From a virus (Duplodnaviria; Caudoviricetes), in IMG/VR virus record IMGVR_UViG_3300028887_000100, positions 1-64,000 of that record: a stretch of 64,000 nt of DNA; one strand, 5' to 3'. Both the position numbers and the translations under genes were made by a program. Of the stretch, positions 1-7,584 are shown piece after piece (the first letter of the stretch is position 1; each line of letters begins with the position of its first letter). The notes under the pieces were generated by a model. The model made no database searches. It had not been told where the DNA came from and was given only the letters and a program-made list of their open reading frames with translations.

Positions 1-21
1 TTTTTGTGTTTCTAGTTCTTC

Positions 22-47
22 ATTAAAGGAGATTTCTTTTTCGCGAG
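22..47 (-). promoter_or_regulatory. Phage-type promoter CTCGCG-N14-TTTAAT
   Basis: One of eight copies of (T/C)TCG(C/T)N-N14-(-10 box) in 1-2.8 kb. Confidence 0.55.
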
Positions 48-53
48 GGAGAT

Positions 54-84
54 AAAAGGATAGCAGAGAATCTCTCTACTACCC
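54..84 (-). terminator. Intrinsic terminator
   Basis: GGTAGTAGAGA-GAT-TCTCTGCTATCC-TTTT directly after the stop at 93. Confidence 0.7.
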
Positions 85-92
85 ATTTTGAA

Positions 93-374
93 TTACTCTG
101 TGAAATAGTTGTCTACTTCATCAACATTATGGAGTATTTCTTCTTCGGGAACTCCATTATCCCTTGCTCTTTCAACACTTTCATCAAGATCATCAATGTC
201 TTCGAAATCATCAAAGTCATCATCATCAGGTTCTTCTTCCGGCTCAAGGTCATCGTCTTCATCATAATCCTTCAGATAATCAGGTTTGATTACCTTATAG
301 GCAAAATATGCTCCTAATCCGATAACCGGAGCTGTTAAAAGTCCTGCTATAAATCCTTTTGCTTCTTTTTTCAT
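93..374 (-). CDS. Small protein with N-terminal membrane helix and very acidic tail
   Basis: Start MKKEAK after AGGAGG RBS; hydrophobic GFIAGLLTAPVIGLGAYFAY, then D/E-rich tract. Confidence 0.75.
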   Translation of the reverse strand: MKKEAKGFIAGLLTAPVIGLGAYFAYKVIKPDYLKDYDEDDDLEPEEEPDDDDFDDFEDIDDLDESVERARDNGVPEEEILHNVDEVDNYFTE

Positions 375-413
375 TTTTAAACCTCCTATTTTGTGTAAAG
401 TGTTTACAGTGTC

Positions 414-439
414 ATTATACAAGACAAAATTTTGGCGAA
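414..439 (-). promoter_or_regulatory. Promoter TTCGCC-N14-TATAAT
   Basis: Perfect -10 box with conserved upstream box at fixed spacing. Confidence 0.65.
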
Positions 440-440
440 A

Positions 441-472
441 GAACAAGAGGACTAGATTACTCTAATCCCCTT
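441..472 (-). terminator. Intrinsic terminator
   Basis: AAGGGGATTAGA-GTAA-TCTAGTCCTCTT then GTTCTTT, after the stop at 481. Confidence 0.6.
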
Positions 473-480
473 ATTTTGAA

Positions 481-804
481 TTACTTCTTCTCTCGATCAC
501 TCATAAACTGAGAGATTTCCGACAAAATGTCTAACTGTCCTACATAACGGGCCAATTTGTCATTGTTTTTCATGAACTGCTTCATACGCTCTTTAGCTTC
601 ATCTGTAGGTTCATTGTCATCATCTTTCTTGATTTGCTGCTTTAAGATTTCTGTCTCCATTGTTAACTTCATAGACTGCATCGTTACGTCTAAAGTTTTC
701 TTAGCGACGAAAACATAAAGCTCTTCTTCAAGCTTATCCGATTCCTCTTTACCTATACCGAAGTCTGCTTTTAAAGCTTCGTGTGCATCAAATTTCTCAC
801 TCAT
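481..804 (-). CDS. Hypothetical helical protein
   Basis: Start MSEK after AAAGGGG RBS; own promoter and terminator. Confidence 0.65.
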   Translation of the reverse strand: MSEKFDAHEALKADFGIGKEESDKLEEELYVFVAKKTLDVTMQSMKLTMETEILKQQIKKDDDNEPTDEAKERMKQFMKNNDKLARYVGQLDILSEISQFMSDREKK

Positions 805-820
805 AACTTTATCCCCTTTC

Positions 821-846
821 ATATAATGACACATAAAAATCGCGAG
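821..846 (-). promoter_or_regulatory. Promoter CTCGCG-N14-TTATAT (weaker match), overlapped by a terminator hairpin
   Basis: Same upstream box; hairpin CGGGGATCATA/TATGGTCCTCG overlaps it. Confidence 0.45.
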
Positions 847-879
847 GACCATAAATATCTATGATCCCCGTAATTTGGT

Positions 880-1128
880 TTAGTCAGTGGTCTTTTTTAT
901 TTTATTAACTATTAAATAACCTACTACAATTACAGACCAAAATACTGTAATAACCAGAAATCTGAAACAAATTACTAACCAGTCAAGACCGGGAATTTGT
1001 TCTATAAAAATTCCTTTTAATCCATTTTCCTTTCTTGACTTAATTATATAACGTGCATCAGAAAAATATTCTGGTATACTGAGCATTAAGCCCATAATTA
1101 AATAAATCTCTAATAAATTAATTAACAT
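880..1128 (-). CDS. Small membrane protein (two hydrophobic segments)
   Basis: 82-aa ORF with AGGAGG RBS; hydrophobic N- and C-terminal stretches. Confidence 0.7.
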   Translation of the reverse strand: MLINLLEIYLIMGLMLSIPEYFSDARYIIKSRKENGLKGIFIEQIPGLDWLVICFRFLVITVFWSVIVVGYLIVNKIKKTTD

Positions 1129-1143
1129 AGTAATTCACCTCCT

Positions 1144-1169
1144 ACTATATAACTGGAGATTTTAGCGAA
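1144..1169 (-). promoter_or_regulatory. Promoter TTCGCT-N14-TATAGT
   Basis: Conserved box and spacing. Confidence 0.6.
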
Positions 1170-1189
1170 TAAATAAAAATGCGTTCTAG

Positions 1190-1309
1190 AATGCCTCTGT
1201 AACGCACCAGAATGCCCATATTCGGCTTTTTAGGTATAAAGTGGTATAAATCTACACCAAAATATTAAATAGGCCTAAATAAGGCTTGTAGTGCGTCATA
1301 GAGGGTATT
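1190..1309. other. Long imperfect inverted repeat (about 120 nt stem-loop)
   Basis: AATGCCTCTGTAACGCAC (1190-1207) pairs with GTGCGTCATAGAGGGTATT (1291-1309); non-coding. Confidence 0.55.
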
Positions 1310-1313
1310 TAAA

Positions 1314-1342
1314 AACAGATAGGACTATTTCTAATCCTACCC
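1314..1342 (-). terminator. Intrinsic terminator
   Basis: GGTAGGATTA-GAAA-TAGTCCTATC-TGTTTTT. Confidence 0.65.
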
Positions 1343-1386
1343 ATTTTGAATGTTTTTATTTTTTACTGCTTGAACATTCTAAACAA

Positions 1387-1824
1387 TCAGTCTTTATTAC
1401 TATTTCTTTTTTCAATTTCTGCCTGTAACTGTTCTACTGAGAAGTCCTCAAGACCTGTAGTATCAACTTCTTTTACCGGTTTGGCGATGTTCTTTAAAGA
1501 ATCTCTAATACCACAAAGTTCTGATATAACTTTTCTAGTACAATCCTCACAAACGTTGTCTAACTTAAGTAAATATTTATCTGAAGCACGCGAATCTCTA
1601 TAAATTTCATGATTTGCATCTTCAAGATTTATATCTTCTTCCGGTACAATACATCTGTAATGATGACCATTTTTGTATATATCATATTGTGTATCTTTGT
1701 AGAGATCAGTATCATCTTTCCAATACGCCGTAAAAGTTGCATTTAATTCACTACTATGTTTATCAGTTTGAAAAATTCTCTTACCACAACAGTCACAAAA
1801 TGTGATTTTATAACTTTTTTCCAT
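1387..1824 (-). CDS. Cys-rich hypothetical protein (possible zinc binding)
   Basis: CDCC near the N-terminus and CEDC later. Confidence 0.65.
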   Translation of the reverse strand: MEKSYKITFCDCCGKRIFQTDKHSSELNATFTAYWKDDTDLYKDTQYDIYKNGHHYRCIVPEEDINLEDANHEIYRDSRASDKYLLKLDNVCEDCTRKVISELCGIRDSLKNIAKPVKEVDTTGLEDFSVEQLQAEIEKRNSNKD

Positions 1825-1865
1825 TTTTATTTCCTCACTTTCTGTAATAAAGTGTTTATAGTGTC

Positions 1866-1891
1866 ATTATATGGGACAAAAAATTAGCGAA
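1866..1891 (-). promoter_or_regulatory. Promoter TTCGCT-N14-TATAAT
   Basis: Perfect -10 box, conserved upstream box. Confidence 0.65.
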
Positions 1892-1894
1892 TAA

Positions 1895-1922
1895 AACAGA
1901 TAGAACCATAAGGTCCTACCCA
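1895..1922 (-). terminator. Intrinsic terminator
   Basis: GGTAGGACC-TTAT-GGTTCTATC-TGTTTT. Confidence 0.6.
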
Positions 1923-1942
1923 TTTTGAAGAGTTTAATTATT

Positions 1943-2263
1943 TCATGAAGCGAGTCTCTCCAATTCTGCTTCATACATGAGGACCTCTGCCTCATACTCG
2001 TGCTGGATTTCCAGCCAATCTTCGTCGTGCCTCTTTTCATAATTGGCCTTGGCACGCTCAACTCCGGCCTTTGCTTCTTTCAGCCTCCGATTATATCTAG
2101 CTATATCCTCGGTTCTTTCTTTCTGAGCTGCTATTTCGGCATTTCGTTCCTTAATAGCCCTTGTTTGTTCTTCTTCACGCTTCTTTCTTTCCTTCTTTTC
2201 TGCAGAAGCGACCATCGATAATCCAAACAGGGCGCCAATTCCTAATGCTAATTTCTTTCCCAT
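1943..2263 (-). CDS. Membrane-anchored coiled-coil protein
   Basis: Start MGKKL after AAAGGAG RBS; hydrophobic N-terminus then charged helix. Confidence 0.65.
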   Translation of the reverse strand: MGKKLALGIGALFGLSMVASAEKKERKKREEEQTRAIKERNAEIAAQKERTEDIARYNRRLKEAKAGVERAKANYEKRHDEDWLEIQHEYEAEVLMYEAELERLAS

Positions 2264-2303
2264 AAGTTTTCTCCTTTCGATATGTGAATTATTAATCGTT
2301 GCT

Positions 2304-2329
2304 ATAATATGACTATTAAAATTAGCGAA
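2304..2329 (-). promoter_or_regulatory. Promoter TTCGCT-N14-TATTAT
   Basis: Conserved box and spacing; preceded by terminator GGGAAC-TTATG-GTTCCC-TTT (about 2331-2354). Confidence 0.6.
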
Positions 2330-2368
2330 AAACGAAAGGGAACCATAAGTTCCCAATCATTTATGAAA

Positions 2369-2638
2369 TTATAAAACTTTTAATTCCTCATACCTTAGAG
2401 TGTATGTTCCATGAGGAAATGAATCAACCTCGATGTGTTCACCATAATTTTTATCATCTGTAAGATCTGGTATACGTCTGTCTTTGAGAATCAAAAAATC
2501 TTCTTCTTCATCAGAATTCTCTTTACAGAATTGTATAGCTTTCTCCTCAGAATCAAATACTGCCATTATACGATCATAATCCATTGGTTCATATCTGTCA
2601 TTATCATAAAACTCTAAATGTACTAAATAAATTTTCAT
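2369..2638 (-). CDS. Small hypothetical phage protein
   Basis: MKIYLV...IMAVFDSEEKA, a common small phage protein type; AGGAGG RBS. Confidence 0.7.
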   Translation of the reverse strand: MKIYLVHLEFYDNDRYEPMDYDRIMAVFDSEEKAIQFCKENSDEEEDFLILKDRRIPDLTDDKNYGEHIEVDSFPHGTYTLRYEELKVL

Positions 2639-2651
2639 TTTATCACCTCCT

Positions 2652-2677
2652 ATTATAATAACGGAGATTTTAGCGAA
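2652..2677 (-). promoter_or_regulatory. Promoter TTCGCT-N14-TATAAT
   Basis: Perfect -10 box, conserved upstream box. Confidence 0.65.
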
Positions 2678-2759
2678 AAAAAAGAATAGAAGGAACTACT
2701 CAAAAATATCTTTTTCGTTCCTTCCGTTCCCCTCCTTTTGTATGTTTACCAGACGTACT
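2676..2759 (-). ncRNA. Candidate small RNA of about 85 nt (promoter and terminator, no ORF)
   Basis: Downstream of promoter 2766-2791; ends in GGAAGGAAC/GTTCCTTCT hairpin plus U-tract; no ATG. Confidence 0.35.
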
Positions 2760-2765
2760 ACTTCT

Positions 2766-2791
2766 ATAATATAACATTACTTTTACACGAA
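2766..2791 (-). promoter_or_regulatory. Promoter TTCGTG-N14-TATTAT
   Basis: Variant of the same box and spacing. Confidence 0.5.
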
Positions 2792-2799
2792 GGGGATAA

Positions 2800-2838
2800 A
2801 AAAAATAGGGACGTTTTTAAAAGCGCCCCCTTTTTTTG
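2800..2838. terminator. Bidirectional terminator
   Basis: GGGACGTTTT/AAAAGCGCCCC stem flanked by A- and T-tracts. Confidence 0.65.
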
Positions 2839-2961
2839 TTTCAGCCATTCTCCCCCCTAACTCACACAAACCAGATGGGTAGAATCTTGGTTGGAGAAAC
2901 TACCCATTTTGATTTATGTGGAAGGAATATGTATTATATCGAACTAAGATAGTGAACTGAG

Positions 2962-4614
2962 TTAATCTTCATCATCTTTTGCCTTAGAAGCATTTGATGA
3001 CATAGCTTTATACTTATAGTTCTTACCTGAGTGTATAAGAATACACTGCTTCTTCTGCTCTTCCTCATATCTAGCATTCAGATCTGCTGCTGAGATAATG
3101 GAACTGTGAGATAATCTATTAGCTGCGGCGCCACGATTAGCTCTTTCCTTAAATGCTCTGTACTCATCAAGGATTTCGTCGCCATTCTTTGTTGACTGTA
3201 CTTTATTAATGTTCATTTCTTCCTCCTCTATTGCTGAGTGTTTTGCTTCTTTGTTGCTAGGAGCGTACTTTTTGCTAAGTCTATCAAACTTATTACTCAT
3301 TATAGTTCTAACTTCTTTCCAAAGTTCAGCGCCTTTTCCAGAATCTTCAGCGATAGCATCAATATACTTAGCCATATCACGATAAATCTCATTGACATAT
3401 TCATTAGCCTTGTTATATTTATTCTTATCACCCTTATTTGAACTAACTGCTACTAAGTCAGATCCGTCCCAAATCATAGCGCCATCTTTGATAGCTTCCT
3501 TTACTTCATGGTAAAGTTCGTCAATACCGAAATCTCTATTCTTGACAATTTCCTTAGCCACTTTCTTAGGATCTTCATTCTTAGCTTTCTCAGTGTAATC
3601 CTTTACTGCCTTATCAGACCTAACAGCATCATTTTCAGCTTTCTCTTCTCTAGTCTGTTTCTTGATAGGTCCTTCTTTCTTGACAGTTTCAGAATTATCT
3701 TTGGCTTCCTGCTTCTTAGAAGTACTCTCAGCCTTTACAGCATCATGTTTGGTAGTATCGGTAGTCTTAGGTCCATTTCCTTTAGCACCACCTGTAACTT
3801 TTTCCCACCTATTTTGAATTTCCTTGGTAACTGCATCCTGGAATTCCTTAGATCCGTAGAGATCGACTCCTGTAGAATCTGTGAATTTCTTAGCCCAGTC
3901 CTGAACACTCTTAACATAGTTTTCATCATCTTCAGTCATACCGGAAATTGTACCATCATAGTTAAGAGTCCAACCACTATTCTCAAATCCACCTTCAAAC
4001 TGAGTAAAGAATTCATCCATACGTTCGTCTTTGAGAAGTGCATTAACACCAGCCTTTAAACCGCTTTCTTTTGCAGTTCTCTCGATTTTACGATCGGCTT
4101 CCATCTTAGCACCTTCTCTAAACTGCTTAAGATCTGTAGGCAATTTAGTAGTGTTACCATTGGAATCAACTTTTATCATCTTACTATCTTCAGGATCAAC
4201 TTCGTAGGTAGATTCTTTTTTAGTCTCTGTAGTTGATCCATCAGCTTTGTGAGCAGCATCCCATTCCTCTTTAGTATAATAATACTTATAGTTTCCGGGA
4301 TCGCCTTCACGCTTATAGTACTTTGTGTTTTCACGCTCTGTACCATATAATGCCGACTGAGCATGAATTAAAGTACCATTAGAGGTTACTTCTTCATAAT
4401 ATCTATTATTGAGATCGGTAACATTGATTGTCTGTGTATGTGCCTTCTTATTAGCCTGAGAACCACTGAATACTTTCTTTCTAAAATCATAGAAATCTTT
4501 ATTCATATCAGTAGGCTTCTTACCTTCCTTCTCTTTTAATATGCTACTATGTCCAAGTTTTCCCCATTTTGATTCATATGCTTTAATTTTGTTTGTTAAC
4601 TCATCTAAAGTCAT
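2962..4614 (-). CDS. Modular array protein K (550 aa), HA...YYYTKEEWDA type, with internal repeat
   Basis: Shares Y(Y/F)YTK(E/A)EWDA with 8991-10487; two copies of a DLNxRYxEE...LIH unit. Confidence 0.8.
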   Translation of the reverse strand: MTLDELTNKIKAYESKWGKLGHSSILKEKEGKKPTDMNKDFYDFRKKVFSGSQANKKAHTQTINVTDLNNRYYEEVTSNGTLIHAQSALYGTERENTKYYKREGDPGNYKYYYTKEEWDAAHKADGSTTETKKESTYEVDPEDSKMIKVDSNGNTTKLPTDLKQFREGAKMEADRKIERTAKESGLKAGVNALLKDERMDEFFTQFEGGFENSGWTLNYDGTISGMTEDDENYVKSVQDWAKKFTDSTGVDLYGSKEFQDAVTKEIQNRWEKVTGGAKGNGPKTTDTTKHDAVKAESTSKKQEAKDNSETVKKEGPIKKQTREEKAENDAVRSDKAVKDYTEKAKNEDPKKVAKEIVKNRDFGIDELYHEVKEAIKDGAMIWDGSDLVAVSSNKGDKNKYNKANEYVNEIYRDMAKYIDAIAEDSGKGAELWKEVRTIMSNKFDRLSKKYAPSNKEAKHSAIEEEEMNINKVQSTKNGDEILDEYRAFKERANRGAAANRLSHSSIISAADLNARYEEEQKKQCILIHSGKNYKYKAMSSNASKAKDDED

Positions 4615-4628
4615 ATGGGTTCCTCCTT

Positions 4629-7289
4629 TTATCTTTTAAGACTGTTTATCTCAGCATTGATACGATCCCAATCTGCCTGAGTAAGTTCTGTATAGTCCTT
4701 ACCACCAAGATTGAGGTTGTTTACTGCTTTGTTTAATAATGCCCAACCACTAGCATCACTACCACATGAAGAAGACAGTTTCTTACTTATTTCTCTAGCT
4801 TCTTTTAATGTAGTATCTTTTACAGAATCATATTCACTCTTAGATGTATCTCCAGCATTATATAATGTCCAGTATGAACTAGGAACGGATTTATAATTGT
4901 AAATATGATCAACAATATCTTTCTTTGTTTCATCATCAAGTTTGCTTAATACCTTTGAATTGTATGAACCATCGTTTGATAAAGAACTAAGTAACTCATC
5001 TCTAGTCGAATTCTCTTTATTAACCATCTTTTCCCATCTATCCCAAGAATCATCAATTCCATTATCATAAGCCCAGATAGATTCTGCAGTTAAACTACCT
5101 TGATTAAGATCATCATATAAATAAAGACGAGGCATGTAAGAAATATCTTCCATTTTACCACCGTCATCCATTAAAGCCCTATTCAAACCAGCAAGAGCTA
5201 AATACTCATTTTCAACTTTATCAAAGTCTCCATAAGTCTTTTCTAACTCATCAAAATCATCTTTAAACTTCTCTTTGATCGCTTTATCAACGTTATTACG
5301 CTGCTCTTCAAATCTGGGATCATCATATAGTTTCTGGAGCGTTTCGGCACGCTTTCTATAATCTTTGTCATTTAAGTCAGCTAACATCTTTACAGCTTCT
5401 TTATTTGCTTTAGCGTCTTCTTTGGAATTTATTGAACCAATCTTTTGATCGTTAAACAATTTATTTCGTCTTGATATATCGTCTTCATATTCAGCTCTAG
5501 CTATATTCTTCACATCATCCCATTCATCATCAGATAAATCTTTTAAACCTTTTTCATTAAAGTTATTGTATTTTTTCTTATTATGTTCTTCTAATGCTCT
5601 TGTAACATAATAGTCACCAAAATCGTCAACAATATTAATATCTTTAATTTTTCCTCTTATTCTATCGATGTCCTGTAATATATTATTTTTATTTTCTTTA
5701 ATATACTTTTCAACATTCTCATTTAATTCTTCTTCTATTTTCTTTTGATTTAATTCTTCTTTAGCATTAGCTAAAGCAGCTTCTCCTTCAAATTTTACCC
5801 TCTTAGCACTTCTTGGAGGATATTTCATTGCTTTTTCATGCAGTTCTTTATATTGTTCTCTTAATTCTTCTTGTCCATCATAACCAGATACAAAAGGTTC
5901 ATTTTCGTCATGTAAAGTATTCATTCTTATAGTATTAGGATTCATACTAGGGTATTTTTCTTTCATTTTATTTGCAATATCAGCTTTTATATTAGAATAA
6001 TATTCTGAAATAATTGGATCTTCACTATAATATTTAAGTTCTTTTCCAGCTAAATAATCAACAAGTTCCTTATCTTTAGCCCAGTTTTTACCTTGCTGTT
6101 CTTTAACATTATCCCACATTTTATTTTCTTCATTAATATAAGGATTATATTTAGGATCACTATAACTTACATTCTTTTTATTAAAAATCGAACCGATTTT
6201 CTGATCAGGTTGAGAACCAAATCTATCTATATTAGTATCGTCTTTGCTAAATAAAGCATCAACAAATTTTTTACCTTCATCGTAATCTGTAGCATAACTT
6301 ATTTCCCAAGCACCAGGATATTTATCAAAGTCATCATTAGTCATTTTTTCAGTTTTATCTATAAACTGTTTAATATAATCTTTTGAATAACCTTTATAAT
6401 ATAAATCAGCTAATGCTCCAAGACCGATTGTTTGATCTTCATTTAATGCCCAAAATCTAGAATCATCATTACCAGGAGTTGCATCATTGTCTAACCATCC
6501 AGCTTTTTTTAAAGCAAGTAAAGTTAAATCTCCAACATCGTTGTATTCTTGTCTTTTACTATGATCCTGTCTTAATTCATACATACTAGTTGTATCGTTT
6601 AATATTGTTTTAAATTCTTCATCAGTAATATCTTTACCTTTTAATTCTTTTGTGGTTTGTATTTTATTATCTATTTCTCTAACAGGATTCCAGTATTTTT
6701 TCTCATCATATGCATCTATTTCTTCAGGGGTCATTTTAGATTTTTCATATAATTCAGCATCGGCAAAATCTTCAATATTTTTACCTTTTTTAAGCATCTT
6801 TAAACCTTTTTTAGTTAAAGTACCATCAGCATTCTGATACTTATCATTTATATAATAAGCTTTACCCCTTTTATCAAAACCTAAAGTTGTAGAACCTATT
6901 TTAGTATCTCCAAGAAAATCTAATCCTAATCTTTTATCAGGATCATAAGCAGTATTAGAGGAATAATTAGTTCCAGGAACTATTCGTTTATCTGGGTCAA
7001 ATGAACTATTTTGATCATTTTGCGAATATAAATTATATTCCCTATCTCTATTTTCTCTTATTTCTCTAAAGCCAAAACCACCAATTTTCTGGTTCTCTAA
7101 CTTATTCTTCTTAGTAGTCCCACTAGGACCAAAATATCTTTCTTTTCCAGCTTCATTAAAGGTACCATCAGCGTTTTGCCAGCGACGCTGTCCCCATTTC
7201 TGTCCAAGGATTCCATAATGCGATAATGCCTTACTGGAGTCTATGCCTTGGTATTTGTCTTTGTTATATAAGAATTCAATTTTATTCAT
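4629..7289 (-). CDS. Modular array protein J (886 aa), HYG leader and W-LLN...ADW C-terminal domain
   Basis: HYGILGQKWGQRRWQNADG; four KIG(G/S) motifs; C-terminus matches 10779-11645. Confidence 0.85.
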   Translation of the reverse strand: MNKIEFLYNKDKYQGIDSSKALSHYGILGQKWGQRRWQNADGTFNEAGKERYFGPSGTTKKNKLENQKIGGFGFREIRENRDREYNLYSQNDQNSSFDPDKRIVPGTNYSSNTAYDPDKRLGLDFLGDTKIGSTTLGFDKRGKAYYINDKYQNADGTLTKKGLKMLKKGKNIEDFADAELYEKSKMTPEEIDAYDEKKYWNPVREIDNKIQTTKELKGKDITDEEFKTILNDTTSMYELRQDHSKRQEYNDVGDLTLLALKKAGWLDNDATPGNDDSRFWALNEDQTIGLGALADLYYKGYSKDYIKQFIDKTEKMTNDDFDKYPGAWEISYATDYDEGKKFVDALFSKDDTNIDRFGSQPDQKIGSIFNKKNVSYSDPKYNPYINEENKMWDNVKEQQGKNWAKDKELVDYLAGKELKYYSEDPIISEYYSNIKADIANKMKEKYPSMNPNTIRMNTLHDENEPFVSGYDGQEELREQYKELHEKAMKYPPRSAKRVKFEGEAALANAKEELNQKKIEEELNENVEKYIKENKNNILQDIDRIRGKIKDINIVDDFGDYYVTRALEEHNKKKYNNFNEKGLKDLSDDEWDDVKNIARAEYEDDISRRNKLFNDQKIGSINSKEDAKANKEAVKMLADLNDKDYRKRAETLQKLYDDPRFEEQRNNVDKAIKEKFKDDFDELEKTYGDFDKVENEYLALAGLNRALMDDGGKMEDISYMPRLYLYDDLNQGSLTAESIWAYDNGIDDSWDRWEKMVNKENSTRDELLSSLSNDGSYNSKVLSKLDDETKKDIVDHIYNYKSVPSSYWTLYNAGDTSKSEYDSVKDTTLKEAREISKKLSSSCGSDASGWALLNKAVNNLNLGGKDYTELTQADWDRINAEINSLKR

Positions 7290-7339
7290 ATAGCTTTTAT
7301 AAATGAATTTCCATACCGTTTGTATGGTATGGTATTCAT
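7286..7339 (-). CDS. 17-aa leader ORF coupled to protein J
   Basis: AAGGAG RBS, MNTIPYKRYGNSFIKAI*, ATGA overlap with the J start. Confidence 0.4.
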   Translation of the reverse strand: MNTIPYKRYGNSFIKAI

Positions 7340-7353
7340 TATTTACTCCTTTC

Positions 7354-7397
7354 TATAAAGGGTATGGGTAGCACTCAGATTATTGAATACTACCCAT
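7354..7397 (-). terminator. Strong hairpin (terminator-like, weak U-tract)
   Basis: ATGGGTAGTATTCA-ATAATC-TGAGTGCTACCCAT. Confidence 0.5.
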
Positions 7398-7419
7398 TTT
7401 GAATTGTTGCAGAAAATAA

Positions 7420-7569
7420 TTAATCTTCTTTAGCATCGAACTTCATGTTCTCAATTTCCTTCTCTACTGCGATTGCAACAAAGATTGAAACTGCCTTCTT
7501 CTGCTCATCATTGAGTGTCTTAAGAACTTCCTCAACTGTCTTACCATTATCTAAAGTTGTCTTTGCCAT
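7420..7569 (-). CDS. 49-aa helical protein I (missing from ORF track), paralog of 12159-12302
   Basis: MAKTTLDNGKTVEEVLKTLNDEQKKAVSIFVAIAVEKEIENMKFDAKED; AGGAGG RBS. Confidence 0.75.
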   Translation of the reverse strand: MAKTTLDNGKTVEEVLKTLNDEQKKAVSIFVAIAVEKEIENMKFDAKED

Positions 7570-7584
7570 GTCTTTATCCTCCTA

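Noticed and set aside
22-2910. Recurring TACCCATTTTGAA and TTAGCGAA motifs as a CRISPR array
   Set aside because: Spacing is irregular (hundreds of bp) and the intervals are whole genes; the motifs are terminator arms and promoter boxes
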